IMG/VR virus record: IMGVR_UViG_3300045988_010248 | Location: 1 to 42,801 of that record | Reading direction: 5' to 3' (one strand) | DNA from: a virus | Length of the DNA stretch: 42,801 nt | Part shown: in pieces, positions 1 to 9,109 of the stretch | Numbering within the stretch: position 1 is the stretch's first letter | How the letters are laid out: each line of letters opens with the position of its first letter | Translations under genes and position numbers: made by a program | The notes under the pieces: model-generated | What the model was told of the DNA's origin: nothing | Databases searched by the model: none | The model's input: the letters and a program-made list of their open reading frames with translations, nothing else

Positions 1-54
1 CTAGTGAACTAGCTTCTGCTAGTGAACTAGCTTCTGCTAGTGAACTAGCTTCTG
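1..54. repeat. 18-bp tandem repeat (ctagtgaactagcttctg) x3. The first 49 nt are identical to the last 49 nt of the window.
   Basis: Direct reading. Units lie at 1-18, 19-36 and 37-54. The same string ends the window (42753-42801). On the minus strand it encodes ASSLAE hexapeptide repeats. Confidence 0.95.
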
Positions 55-511
55 CCTCAGCTATCTGTTCAGGTGTCTTCTGAGGAGGAGCTTTCTTAGC
101 AAACTTATTGTCATCGCCAAGATTGCTAATGTAGTTGTAGGTCTCCTTAGGGAGATCCTCATAGCGACCTTCCATGTATGCAATTCTAGCTTTAGTACCA
201 CCGTTGTACATAGCCAATGCACCATTGTAGTCGCCCTTGGTCATCACCAAGTTATCCTTCATGATCCTAGCAGAGAGATCAAGGTTCACTGAAGGATCTG
301 TAAGGGTCTTTGGATCAATACCATAACGTTTTGCAGTCTTAGGGTTGATCTGACCAAGACCTACGCAATTAGCCTTGGATACTGCATCAGGTCTGAAGCT
401 AGATTCCTGAAAGATCTGTCTACGAAATCTATCAGGATCTAGCCCGTACTTAGTAGCAGACTGCAAAATAAGATCATCAAACTGTGAAGTGAGGTTGTTA
501 TTATCTGCCAC
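1..511 (-). CDS. N-terminal part of the gp16-like internal virion protein (lytic transglycosylase/SLT domain). It continues across the window junction into 38926..42801.
   Basis: GTG start at 511, preceded by AAGGAA and an in-frame TAA 9 nt upstream. Translation is VADNNNLTSQFDDLILQSATKYGLDPDRFRRQIFQESSF...GLGQI...AMYNGG, which matches SLT motifs. T7 gp16 also carries an N-terminal transglycosylase. The frame runs open off position 1. Confidence 0.85.
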   Translation of the reverse strand, partial: MADNNNLTSQFDDLILQSATKYGLDPDRFRRQIFQESSFRPDAVSKANCVGLGQINPKTAKRYGIDPKTLTDPSVNLDLSARIMKDNLVMTKGDYNGALAMYNGGTKARIAYMEGRYEDLPKETYNYISNLGDDNKFAKKAPPQKTPEQIAEAEASSLAEASSLAEASSL

Positions 512-520
512 TTTTATTCC

Positions 521-2677
521 TTATTTATCGTTGTACTGTTGATCACCGCCAAAGGTAAGACTAGTGTACTTCTCCTGAAGCATTTCCTGTCTTTCAACTC
601 TATTGTAGATTTCATCGCCAATGCTTTCAACAAGGTTTGAAGCTTCAGCTTGATTCATTGAGAAGATAGAGTTACCCGCACGGTCAGCTACAGTAAGCAC
701 ATTACTAGAGTTGTCAAAACTCAATGTAACATTCTTATCGACATCCTCAAGGTATTTACTCGGAATCTCCTTCTTGATTCTAGCAAGAAGTTCTTTATCA
801 GGTACTGTGAGACCACTCCACCCAGTAAAAAATGAAGACGGAACTGAAGTGCCCATAAGGTTCTTAAAGGACTTATTGTACTCAGCCTCGGCCAAAGCTA
901 CAGCTTTCTCAGCAGTCTCACCCATACTTCTAAAAGCAAACGTTAAGGTAGTCACAAAAGCCTTGCCATTGTAGTCAATATCTTTAGAATCCCCTAACAT
1001 AGGATCTTGAATAGCCTTAATAGCCTTATCTCTGATCTTGGTGATTTCCTTAGTATTACCTTCATCCTTAAGCTTCTGAATCTCAGCCTTACCTCTAATG
1101 ATGTCTTCGATAGGTCTGCCTGAGTCCAACATGAGAGCCAATGCTCTAGCATCCTCTAAGTTCTTATCGGCACTAGAGCCAACAATGCTACTGAAATTAG
1201 AGGGGTCTGCTTTATACACTTCAATCAGGGTTTTTACAGAATCCTTAATTTCCTTAGGGAAAGTCTTACTGGTCATAAACTCCTTAGTGGAGTTATTGAG
1301 CCAGTTAAGTGCATCATTGGCCTGATTAGTGAAATGCTTTCTAGCAGGATTGTCCTTAAACGGAAGGTGTGGATTCTTAGCAATAGCTAACTGATCCTTG
1401 AAAGTGATTGCACCAGTATCTGCAAGGAACTGATAGGCTGTCTCGATATCCTTGTTAGTAATACCTGCGACATCTTTAGAAACTACAGGTTCACCTCGGG
1501 CAACCGACTGTACAAAAGCTCTAGACACTGAAGTCTTTAAAAGCTCATCCTGCTGTTTCTTAAGTGCTATCGCATTCTTCTTAGCATTAGCTATCTGAAC
1601 CTTTACTGCCGCATCGTAAGCCTTCTCAACGTCCTCGACTTCATCAGTAAGAAGACCACCTGACTCTTCAAACTTAGAGTTTCTAAGAGCAAGCAGTTCT
1701 GCCGCCTTACCATTGTTGGCCATAACGTTAAGGCCATTCTGGAAATCCAACTTAGCCTGAGCATCAGAAGCATACCTGAAATTAGCATTCTTAATGACAA
1801 GATTCTTATAGCCTTCTTCACCTAAGACCTGACCAAAAGTAACACCATCAAGGCCGGGGATTTCCCTATCCTTAAGGTCTCTAATAGTCTGACCTGCGTT
1901 AGGATTAGCAGAAAGAATCTCCAAGGTAGAAGACACCTTCTTAAGGGTATCCTCAGGCTTCTCGTGGGCACCTGTAGTGAGCGTCTGTTCGGCAAGCTTA
2001 CCAACAAGAAGATCTGCAGAGACATTCTTACTAGAGCTAATAGCGCTAAGTTCAGCGGCACTAGAGATCAAGTCCTGACTTCTCTGATAGGAATCCTCAA
2101 CAGTCTTCTGTCTCAGCATCATCTTAACACGCTGATTAGGAGAATCTGAGTAAATACCCTTATTGAAGAAGTAGTCATTATCAGCATAACCAAAGGCTTT
2201 AGATGCACCTGCAGATTGTTCCTTCATGTACCTGAAGAACTCTGCATCAACCTGTTCAGGGGCCATACCCTTGAACTCATTGGCATCTACACGAGCCTGA
2301 AAGTCCTGAGCAATATTACTGAAGAGAATCTTACCATGCTTCTGCTTAAGGGCGCTCATAGCAAGAGGGTCATCTTGGAATGGGACTTTACCCTCAGTCA
2401 TCTGTTGCTTGTACTCTTCAAGGGAGTGAGTCTGAAGGTACTCATCAGCAACACTTTCAGCTAATTCCTTACGTGCCTCATAGACACCCTGAATACCCTT
2501 AAAGGCCGCCTCAACAGCACCAAACCAGTCATCAGCTTCTTCAATAGTCTTCTGAGGTTTGATCGTAGGAGCAGTAGCTTTGGATTCCCCTAGCTTTGTC
2601 ATAGCAGAGTTAAAGTATCTCCACTGCCCCCACTCATTCGCAATAGATGAATTCCCGTCTGAATTTTTATAAGCCAT
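521..2677 (-). CDS. Internal virion (core) protein, T7 gp15-like by size and position
   Basis: 718-aa ORF between the gp14-like and gp16-like genes. No catalytic motif was recognised, so the call is positional. Confidence 0.7.
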   Translation of the reverse strand: MAYKNSDGNSSIANEWGQWRYFNSAMTKLGESKATAPTIKPQKTIEEADDWFGAVEAAFKGIQGVYEARKELAESVADEYLQTHSLEEYKQQMTEGKVPFQDDPLAMSALKQKHGKILFSNIAQDFQARVDANEFKGMAPEQVDAEFFRYMKEQSAGASKAFGYADNDYFFNKGIYSDSPNQRVKMMLRQKTVEDSYQRSQDLISSAAELSAISSSKNVSADLLVGKLAEQTLTTGAHEKPEDTLKKVSSTLEILSANPNAGQTIRDLKDREIPGLDGVTFGQVLGEEGYKNLVIKNANFRYASDAQAKLDFQNGLNVMANNGKAAELLALRNSKFEESGGLLTDEVEDVEKAYDAAVKVQIANAKKNAIALKKQQDELLKTSVSRAFVQSVARGEPVVSKDVAGITNKDIETAYQFLADTGAITFKDQLAIAKNPHLPFKDNPARKHFTNQANDALNWLNNSTKEFMTSKTFPKEIKDSVKTLIEVYKADPSNFSSIVGSSADKNLEDARALALMLDSGRPIEDIIRGKAEIQKLKDEGNTKEITKIRDKAIKAIQDPMLGDSKDIDYNGKAFVTTLTFAFRSMGETAEKAVALAEAEYNKSFKNLMGTSVPSSFFTGWSGLTVPDKELLARIKKEIPSKYLEDVDKNVTLSFDNSSNVLTVADRAGNSIFSMNQAEASNLVESIGDEIYNRVERQEMLQEKYTSLTFGGDQQYNDK

Positions 2678-3570
2678 TAGTAATAGTATCCTCTACGTCG
2701 TTGAGTCGCTTGTTGTACCATGTTGCCATAGTTAGCAATCTGGTTAAAGAACTTGAGTTGCTTGTCATAGGAATCCCAGTTAGCAATGACTCTATCCATG
2801 AAGCCCATCTTAGATCCCGCAGAAGTTGCCGCATTAGCAGTTGCCACACCTGTGGACGCATTAGAGGTAAGAGCGGCAACACCACCTGCACCTCCTGTAA
2901 CTTCAAGTGCAGAGACACCACCTGCGACATTAGCTCCAGTGATCGTAGGAGCGGCACTACTGATAGCATCAACACCTGCATTAGCCGCTAGCATACCACC
3001 CGTTTGACCGCCAATAGCGCCACCGACAGCACTAGCGGCACCTGCCGTAGCGGCACCCATAGCGGCACCCATAGCAACACCATTGACAAATTGACCGAAA
3101 GCCTGAGAACCATGGATGTAGGATGCACTAAGCTGATCCTTAGCTTGTTCAACTTCAGCCTTAGTAGAGATGTACAGAGCTTCCTTCTGTCCCCTGATGT
3201 TCCACACATCATTGAGATAAGCTTCCTTGTAGGAAGTCACCTGTCTAGCCGTCTGACCCCTAACAGTCTGCATGATCTTTTCTGAAGATCTACCTTCGGT
3301 GCCTGTTTCAGCTAACGCGGCTTCAAGCTGAGAGTTGTTCTGATATGAATTAAGGGACATCGTAAACAAGTCCACAAGGGCTGAGTCATATCTAGATCTC
3401 TCTTGTCTATCAAGAGCCGCTTGGTTATAGTTATAGTTCCTCTGCAGATACTCCATCTGCTTTAGGAAGGCTTTAGTCTTTTGCTTATTCTGTTTGGAGA
3501 TGCTATTAATTGATGAGCCACCACCGATGACACCACCAATAATAGCACCCGCAACAATCACGCTACTCAT
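2677..3570 (-). CDS. Internal virion protein, T7 gp14-like
   Basis: 297 aa with a hydrophobic Gly-rich N-terminus (MSSVIVAGAIIGGVIGGG) and a Gly/Ala-rich C-terminal half. It sits between the gp13-slot and gp15-like genes. Confidence 0.65.
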   Translation of the reverse strand: MSSVIVAGAIIGGVIGGGSSINSISKQNKQKTKAFLKQMEYLQRNYNYNQAALDRQERSRYDSALVDLFTMSLNSYQNNSQLEAALAETGTEGRSSEKIMQTVRGQTARQVTSYKEAYLNDVWNIRGQKEALYISTKAEVEQAKDQLSASYIHGSQAFGQFVNGVAMGAAMGAATAGAASAVGGAIGGQTGGMLAANAGVDAISSAAPTITGANVAGGVSALEVTGGAGGVAALTSNASTGVATANAATSAGSKMGFMDRVIANWDSYDKQLKFFNQIANYGNMVQQATQRRRGYYY

Positions 3571-3988
3571 TCTTTAGTAATTCCTCTCTATTAGTTGTTA
3601 AGAGAATCCACTCATCAGTAAACTCTTTCTCAGCTTCCTTAACATCCTTAGAGTCAGTCCTAAAACACATCGTGATGTAAGTATCAGTAATAGCCCTAAA
3701 TGCCTGTCTACGCCCTGCCTCAGCTTTGATAACGTTGTACCCCTCAAGTCTCCCGATGGTATTACCTAAGGTAACATAGCAATCCCCACTAACAATAACA
3801 GTAGTAGGGATCTTAACTAGAGCTCCAATAATAGCAACACCTTTAGGGACAAAACAAGTCCTATAGTAAACACCTTCGTGAATGAAATGCTCAAGAGGAA
3901 TGTCTACCTCATCACAATGTTCAATTGCATACTTAGCCATCTCACAAAGGATGTTATTCTGTTCTGGAGTGAGGGGTAGTAACGTCAT
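3563..3988 (-). CDS. Virion-assembly protein in the T7 gp13 slot
   Basis: 141-aa ORF with an ATGA-type overlap with the tail tube B stop. The call is positional only. Confidence 0.5.
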   Translation of the reverse strand: MTLLPLTPEQNNILCEMAKYAIEHCDEVDIPLEHFIHEGVYYRTCFVPKGVAIIGALVKIPTTVIVSGDCYVTLGNTIGRLEGYNVIKAEAGRRQAFRAITDTYITMCFRTDSKDVKEAEKEFTDEWILLTTNREELLKNE

Positions 3989-6483
3989 ACTGCTGAATTC
4001 CTTCTAATATAAAGACCTTCCCAACCACCTGAGATAATGTTAAGCGGCTGAGGGGCGTTTGAGGATACACTAATGGCAACCTCATTGTTAGCATCTTGTA
4101 CAGGGAACTTAAACTTACCTGTGTACAAGTTATTAGCACCAAGCTTAGTTCTGGATTCACCTAGGTTTCTACCTGTGAATGTATACTTGAAATGCTTGTT
4201 CTTGATTTCATTGTTAACGTGACATTCAAAGACACCTGACTTAGAGTAGTTAAACCAATAATACCTAAGCTGTAGTCTTCCTTCGTCTTCCGCAACAACA
4301 CCTCCACTGGCTGTGGATTTCTTAATGTTCTGCTTAGACAGGACAGCGTAGAAGTAATAGGAGATACCTACGAAGACACTCTTACCTCTATGGTCGCCAT
4401 AAAGTCTGATCTTGCCTTCAGATTCATCCCAATCCTCAAATTCCCAAACAGAGCCGTCCTTATCGACTACATAGTATGAATACTCACCTGTATTCTTGGA
4501 AACATATCCATAGACATCCTTAAGTGAGATCTCCGTGTAATCCTCAAAGTCGCTGTATTTAGCATCCTCAGGGATTTTGTATTCAACCTTCCTATCCATA
4601 AAGAGTCTTACAGGCTCTTCAGGAAAATCAATAGTGTTGCCAGTAAGCTGTGCCTTATCAAGGAACAGCCCATTAGGAGAGTTAATAAGGAAGTAAATAG
4701 TTGAGCCTACAAACTCTGCTAGGACTACCTCAGTACCCTTGTATCCAAAGACCCACTTAAACCAAGCCTGCTGTTCACTTACACCATTCTGCAAGATAAA
4801 CTTATAACAGAACACAGTGTTAGGATTCTCAGTATTCACCAACGTAACAACATTCTCAGTTGTATTCCCTGACAACCTAGTGACACCCCTAGGGATATAC
4901 GTAGGCACGTGTGCAGAGACATCTTCAGCGTCCTTAAGGTCTGCTACGTCCTGCAATGAGTAATATCTCATGAGAGAGCTATAGTTAACCTTGTCGTTGA
5001 CAAAGAAGATACTTGGACCGACACTGATAGGCTGAACCACAGGATTATAGTCAAAGTTAGTGATTTGGTCACACTTAACACTCTTAGGAGTCATGACACC
5101 ATCGCTAGACAAGACGAACTGACCTTCTCTAGAGAAAAGCATAAGCTCTCTAGCAAAGGGGACTGCATGTGTAAGTGTAGCTACTTTGTTAGAAGACACT
5201 GAAACGTCAATGGGGTCTGTATCAGTAATTGCGGCTGAGGACTTAAACCAGAAATTAAAGAAGTCGTTAGTCGAACTAAGAATGATAGACTCATCCGCAA
5301 TTACACCTAGTCTGTTTCTATAAAAGAAAATATCATTAATACGTCGACCAATAAAAGACGGATCAGGATTAGTGTCTTCATTACCAGAACCTCGGTCTAC
5401 CCAAGGTAACTTCTTTAGCTTAAAGCTACCGTCAGACTCTCTGACAATGGCATGAGGCATGTTCTTAGGTTCAATCTTATAGGGAATTCTGGGTGCAATA
5501 GTTTCCTTCCAAACCTTATGAAGGCCATCCCACTTAACGTAGAAGTCATCATCCTCTGATTTCTTTTCACCAGAGATCTGCATAATGTAACCTTCAGGGG
5601 CAATCGGAGGGAGCTTATTCACAGCCGTTACTTTGCCCATGTAGGCGATTGCATTCTGATTACCAAAGCCATCCTTGACGAGTACATTAGGAGGTGTCCC
5701 TCCAGATTTGGGTTGAATGGTAAGAATAGAGTCACCAACAAGGCCAATTGTATAGTTACTAACACTAGCACTCGACCTAGAGTACCCCATAGAAGATCTA
5801 CCACCAACCTGATTAAGGAGATCATCGTAAGTTCCCCCTACGTCAGGGTTAGTACCGTCAGGCTTCTTACCCGTAGACATTAGCGAATAAAGAGCTCTTG
5901 CAATAAATGCCGTTGTGGTCTGAACTGCCTGTTTAGCTTCACCACCGTCAGGAGTAATCACACCACAAATATACTTGCCTTCAATGTAGATAGCATAAGT
6001 CTTAGCATACTGTGCATTCTTGATGTAAACAAGAGCAGTGTCGGACTTACCCGCAGGTGAAGTTCCACTTACAGCATCCACAACCTTCTCAGTGTTCAAG
6101 ACAAAGGTGTAGTCAGCGACAGTAACAGCCTTAAGGGATTCCTTTGGGTTATCTGCAGTAATGTATTGCCTATCCTCATCAGTTTCAAAAGAGCAAGATC
6201 TAGCGTTACCTTTAAGGTCAAACACTTGGAACTCACCACTACCTAACTGAAGGATGTACTGCTCTGTCTCATCTCTGTTGATGATGTGGTACTTCTTCTT
6301 ATTGGTGTCTACTTTGTCTGAGATACGCTTAACGTGGGTCGTAGGAGGTCTCTTTTGGAGACCCTCAACCTCATTAGGAAAACCATTGATAAGCTCAGTA
6401 ACCTGATCAGGGAATCTGATAATGTCAGGCTGTTGAGAGACACCACCCTTGAATGAGGGCACACTTTGAGAAACCAAAGGCAT
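3985..6483 (-). CDS. Tail tubular protein B (T7 gp12-like)
   Basis: 832 aa. The N-terminus MPLVSQSVPSFKGGVSQQPDIIRFPDQ...EGLQKRPP parallels the remembered T7 gp12 N-terminus. Confidence 0.9.
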   Translation of the reverse strand: MPLVSQSVPSFKGGVSQQPDIIRFPDQVTELINGFPNEVEGLQKRPPTTHVKRISDKVDTNKKKYHIINRDETEQYILQLGSGEFQVFDLKGNARSCSFETDEDRQYITADNPKESLKAVTVADYTFVLNTEKVVDAVSGTSPAGKSDTALVYIKNAQYAKTYAIYIEGKYICGVITPDGGEAKQAVQTTTAFIARALYSLMSTGKKPDGTNPDVGGTYDDLLNQVGGRSSMGYSRSSASVSNYTIGLVGDSILTIQPKSGGTPPNVLVKDGFGNQNAIAYMGKVTAVNKLPPIAPEGYIMQISGEKKSEDDDFYVKWDGLHKVWKETIAPRIPYKIEPKNMPHAIVRESDGSFKLKKLPWVDRGSGNEDTNPDPSFIGRRINDIFFYRNRLGVIADESIILSSTNDFFNFWFKSSAAITDTDPIDVSVSSNKVATLTHAVPFARELMLFSREGQFVLSSDGVMTPKSVKCDQITNFDYNPVVQPISVGPSIFFVNDKVNYSSLMRYYSLQDVADLKDAEDVSAHVPTYIPRGVTRLSGNTTENVVTLVNTENPNTVFCYKFILQNGVSEQQAWFKWVFGYKGTEVVLAEFVGSTIYFLINSPNGLFLDKAQLTGNTIDFPEEPVRLFMDRKVEYKIPEDAKYSDFEDYTEISLKDVYGYVSKNTGEYSYYVVDKDGSVWEFEDWDESEGKIRLYGDHRGKSVFVGISYYFYAVLSKQNIKKSTASGGVVAEDEGRLQLRYYWFNYSKSGVFECHVNNEIKNKHFKYTFTGRNLGESRTKLGANNLYTGKFKFPVQDANNEVAISVSSNAPQPLNIISGGWEGLYIRRNSAV

Positions 6484-6486
6484 ACC

Positions 6487-7062
6487 TTAGCTCCTCTGAA
6501 TCTGTTGAGAGATAAACGAGTCGCCACTGTAGATATTGTACTCACCAGACATAAGATCATAGTCTACAATGTCTGCATAAGCAGTAGCTTCTTCATACTG
6601 AAGTGAAGCATCAATATCAGCACTAGTCAGGTACTTTACCTGAAAGGTTCTTGCGGCTTTCACAGTGATGTACTTACGGAAGACCACAGGAAGCTCTTCG
6701 AACGGAAGCTTCTTAACAAGTTCCGTAACAGTAAGACCTTCAGGGAACTCATTGGTATCCGTCTCAAGGTCGAAAAAATAGCCCGATCTATTAACTAGCT
6801 TGTAACCTGAAGAAAACACCCTGATATAATCATGGGCAAACGGTACAAGCCCAGTATCAGAATCGGGCGTAAGATAAACGTTATTAAGAGTATTGAAGCG
6901 ATAACCCCTAGATTGAACTTCGGTGCTAACTGCACTAAGGATGCGTTTAGCATTCAATACATCCACATTAAGGTCGTCCTCAAGTGAGTTTACAGGACTT
7001 GAGCCTACGGACGACAGGATTTCATTCACAGCATCAAGTTCATTACTAGGTGTAATAATCAT
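6487..7062 (-). CDS. Tail tubular protein A (T7 gp11-like)
   Basis: 191 aa. ELDAVNEILSSVGSSPVNSLEDD...AKRIL...VQSRGY resembles T7 gp11. It lies directly upstream of the gp12-like gene. Confidence 0.85.
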   Translation of the reverse strand: MIITPSNELDAVNEILSSVGSSPVNSLEDDLNVDVLNAKRILSAVSTEVQSRGYRFNTLNNVYLTPDSDTGLVPFAHDYIRVFSSGYKLVNRSGYFFDLETDTNEFPEGLTVTELVKKLPFEELPVVFRKYITVKAARTFQVKYLTSADIDASLQYEEATAYADIVDYDLMSGEYNIYSGDSFISQQIQRS

Positions 7063-7265
7063 TACTCTTCCTTATTGTTATTGTTTTTAGGCTTTCTAGC
7101 AGGTCTCTTAGTGGGGGTAGCCTTCTCTCCATTAACACGAGCCTTAGGTTCGTCAATAGGGAGACCAAGAGCCTTAGCCTCCTCAAAAGAGAGAGCACTA
7201 CCCCACTTGCTTAACTGACAGAAGAACGTATTGCTATAAGCCTCGTGGATTCTGTCAAGAGTCAT
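7062..7265 (-). CDS. Small protein with a Lys/Pro/Asn-rich basic tail, function unknown
   Basis: 67-aa ORF with an ATG 3 nt after the capsid stops, tightly packed between the capsid and tail tube A genes. Confidence 0.5.
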   Translation of the reverse strand: MTLDRIHEAYSNTFFCQLSKWGSALSFEEAKALGLPIDEPKARVNGEKATPTKRPARKPKNNNNKEE

Positions 7266-7267
7266 TA

Positions 7268-8269
7268 TTAGGACTGAGCTTCCTTAACGAAGACACCAAC
7301 GGCTTCAGGACGAAGACCACCGTGACCCATAGCGTACTTGGCAATGATCTGGTCAGCCTGATACTCAGCACGGCGAGCACGTTCCATAGCAAGATCCTTC
7401 AGCTTGACCGTGCCAACAGCAGAGCGATGGAACACAATACCCTGAAGACCTGCCGTAGAGACCTGCGTGTTGAGCTCATGCTTACCGTCAACTCCTTCAT
7501 TCAGGAGGTGCGGGACTTCAATCACTTCGAAACCGCAGATCGTCTGGAGCTTGCCAGAGTTCGGATCGAAGAGAGCCTGATAGTTAGCTGAGTCGGGCAT
7601 GAGAGCCTTAATAAGAGCAGAGTAGCCTTCAGGCGTGAGCAGGCAGTAGCGGTCACCCATCGGGACATAGTTCTTCGTAAAGGCGGCACGAGCGGCAAGG
7701 AGACCTTCAATGATCTTGTTACCATAGCCAGCGGACTGCGAGAGGCTGAGACCCGTGACGAACTCGAACGGCTTACCCGTACCCTTCACCTTGTCAGCAT
7801 CAGTACCGTTGTCGGGGATGTTTTCCACCGGGGCCTTAGCGGCCATGTTAGCAAGTTCATTAATAATAGCACAGTCAGCAGACTGAGCAAGGGCTTCACC
7901 AAGCTGACGTGAGTATTCGACTCGAACGTCATAGTGGTTCATGGCATCATCAATATCAGTGATGAGGCAGTCAGCAGTAAGAAGGCCATCGATAGCGATG
8001 ACCTTTTCAGTATGCTCAAACTTCTTACGCTGATCGTCAAGGGAGTTGCCCGGTGCAAGATACTTAGCACGGGTACGACCCATGACAGCGAATGAAGCCG
8101 ATTTTCCATGGTCAATCGTTCGAACCTGATGACGAGACATCATCACGGTGTTACGGGCGAAGGCAGTCAGTACTTCACCTGAAAACACCTTCATAAAGAG
8201 AGCAGCACGAGCACCTTCAGAAAGCTTCTGACCAGGATTAGAGATGCCAGTTTCAAGAAGAGCGGCCAT
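7268..8269 (-). CDS. Major capsid protein (T7 gp10A-like)
   Basis: 333 aa. ALFMKVFSGEVLTAFARNTVMMSRHQVRTIDHGKSASFAVMGRTRAKYLAPG closely parallels T7 gp10 (LFLKVFGGEVLTAFAR...SRH...GKSAQFPVLGRT). Confidence 0.95.
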   Translation of the reverse strand: MAALLETGISNPGQKLSEGARAALFMKVFSGEVLTAFARNTVMMSRHQVRTIDHGKSASFAVMGRTRAKYLAPGNSLDDQRKKFEHTEKVIAIDGLLTADCLITDIDDAMNHYDVRVEYSRQLGEALAQSADCAIINELANMAAKAPVENIPDNGTDADKVKGTGKPFEFVTGLSLSQSAGYGNKIIEGLLAARAAFTKNYVPMGDRYCLLTPEGYSALIKALMPDSANYQALFDPNSGKLQTICGFEVIEVPHLLNEGVDGKHELNTQVSTAGLQGIVFHRSAVGTVKLKDLAMERARRAEYQADQIIAKYAMGHGGLRPEAVGVFVKEAQS

Positions 8270-8317
8270 TGTTTATAGTTTCCTATTAAAAATTAAAGAT
8301 TGTTGTTGTTAAATAAA

Positions 8318-9103
8318 TTAAAAGTTAGTTGCCCACATCTGCTGTTCAACCATACGGGTATACCCTGCATCACGACCGTAACGAGGATCAGACATAGCCT
8401 TGATCACGTCAGCCTTGCTATTGTAACCCTTAGGTGAACCATTAGGAGCTGATGCACCACCATGAATAGACTTCTTAGCGGTACCCATCTTGGCAACCAT
8501 CTTAGCCTTCATACCTTCAAGCATAAGAGTGATTGCATTGATGTTGTTGTTGTCGACGGCTCGATTAAAGGCGTCAATAGACTTCTTAGTAAGGTTCTGA
8601 GAAGCCCAATTGACAATGCTACGGTATTCCTTTTCACCACCAACAGACTCATAAATAGCCTTGGTGAAACGCTCCTCCATAGCAACATGACCTTCAATAA
8701 AGGCTTCAATAACTTCAGGCGGGTAGCCTGCCTTATTGAGGGCTTCAATAGTCTCTTCGGAAAGAGAACCCTTGGTCTCATATTCCTTGACTGCACTATT
8801 GAAGTCGACACCCTTACCCTTAAGGTCTTCCTTAATCGAAGAAATTGCCTTACTGTGCTTGTCTACTTCTTCCTGAAGGTCTTTCTCACCTTCTTCCTTA
8901 TTATCTGCAGTAGACTCGTCACCTTCTTCGGCATTGCCTTCGGTATTAGTGGAAGGTTCTTCCCCCTCAGTTTCGACAGGGGGAACACCTTCATTGTCAT
9001 CATACTGAATCTGGTCAGTGCTAGATTCCATGATTTCAATGCCATTAGCCTCAGCTTCCTGCTGAAGAGACGGCGTATCATAAACTTGAGAATTGTCTTC
9101 CAT
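8318..9103 (-). CDS. Scaffolding protein (T7 gp9 slot)
   Basis: 261-aa, strongly acidic protein between the portal and capsid genes. Confidence 0.75.
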   Translation of the reverse strand: MEDNSQVYDTPSLQQEAEANGIEIMESSTDQIQYDDNEGVPPVETEGEEPSTNTEGNAEEGDESTADNKEEGEKDLQEEVDKHSKAISSIKEDLKGKGVDFNSAVKEYETKGSLSEETIEALNKAGYPPEVIEAFIEGHVAMEERFTKAIYESVGGEKEYRSIVNWASQNLTKKSIDAFNRAVDNNNINAITLMLEGMKAKMVAKMGTAKKSIHGGASAPNGSPKGYNSKADVIKAMSDPRYGRDAGYTRMVEQQMWATNF

Positions 9104-9109
9104 TATTTA

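Noticed and set aside
7262-7300. T7-gene-10-style programmed -1 frameshift extending the capsid protein into the downstream 67-aa ORF, which is in the -1 frame.
   Set aside because: The -1 frame has a TAA only 7 codons upstream of the downstream ATG. No slippery heptamer is present in the last capsid codons, and the capsid frame ends in three consecutive stops. The downstream ORF has its own ATG.
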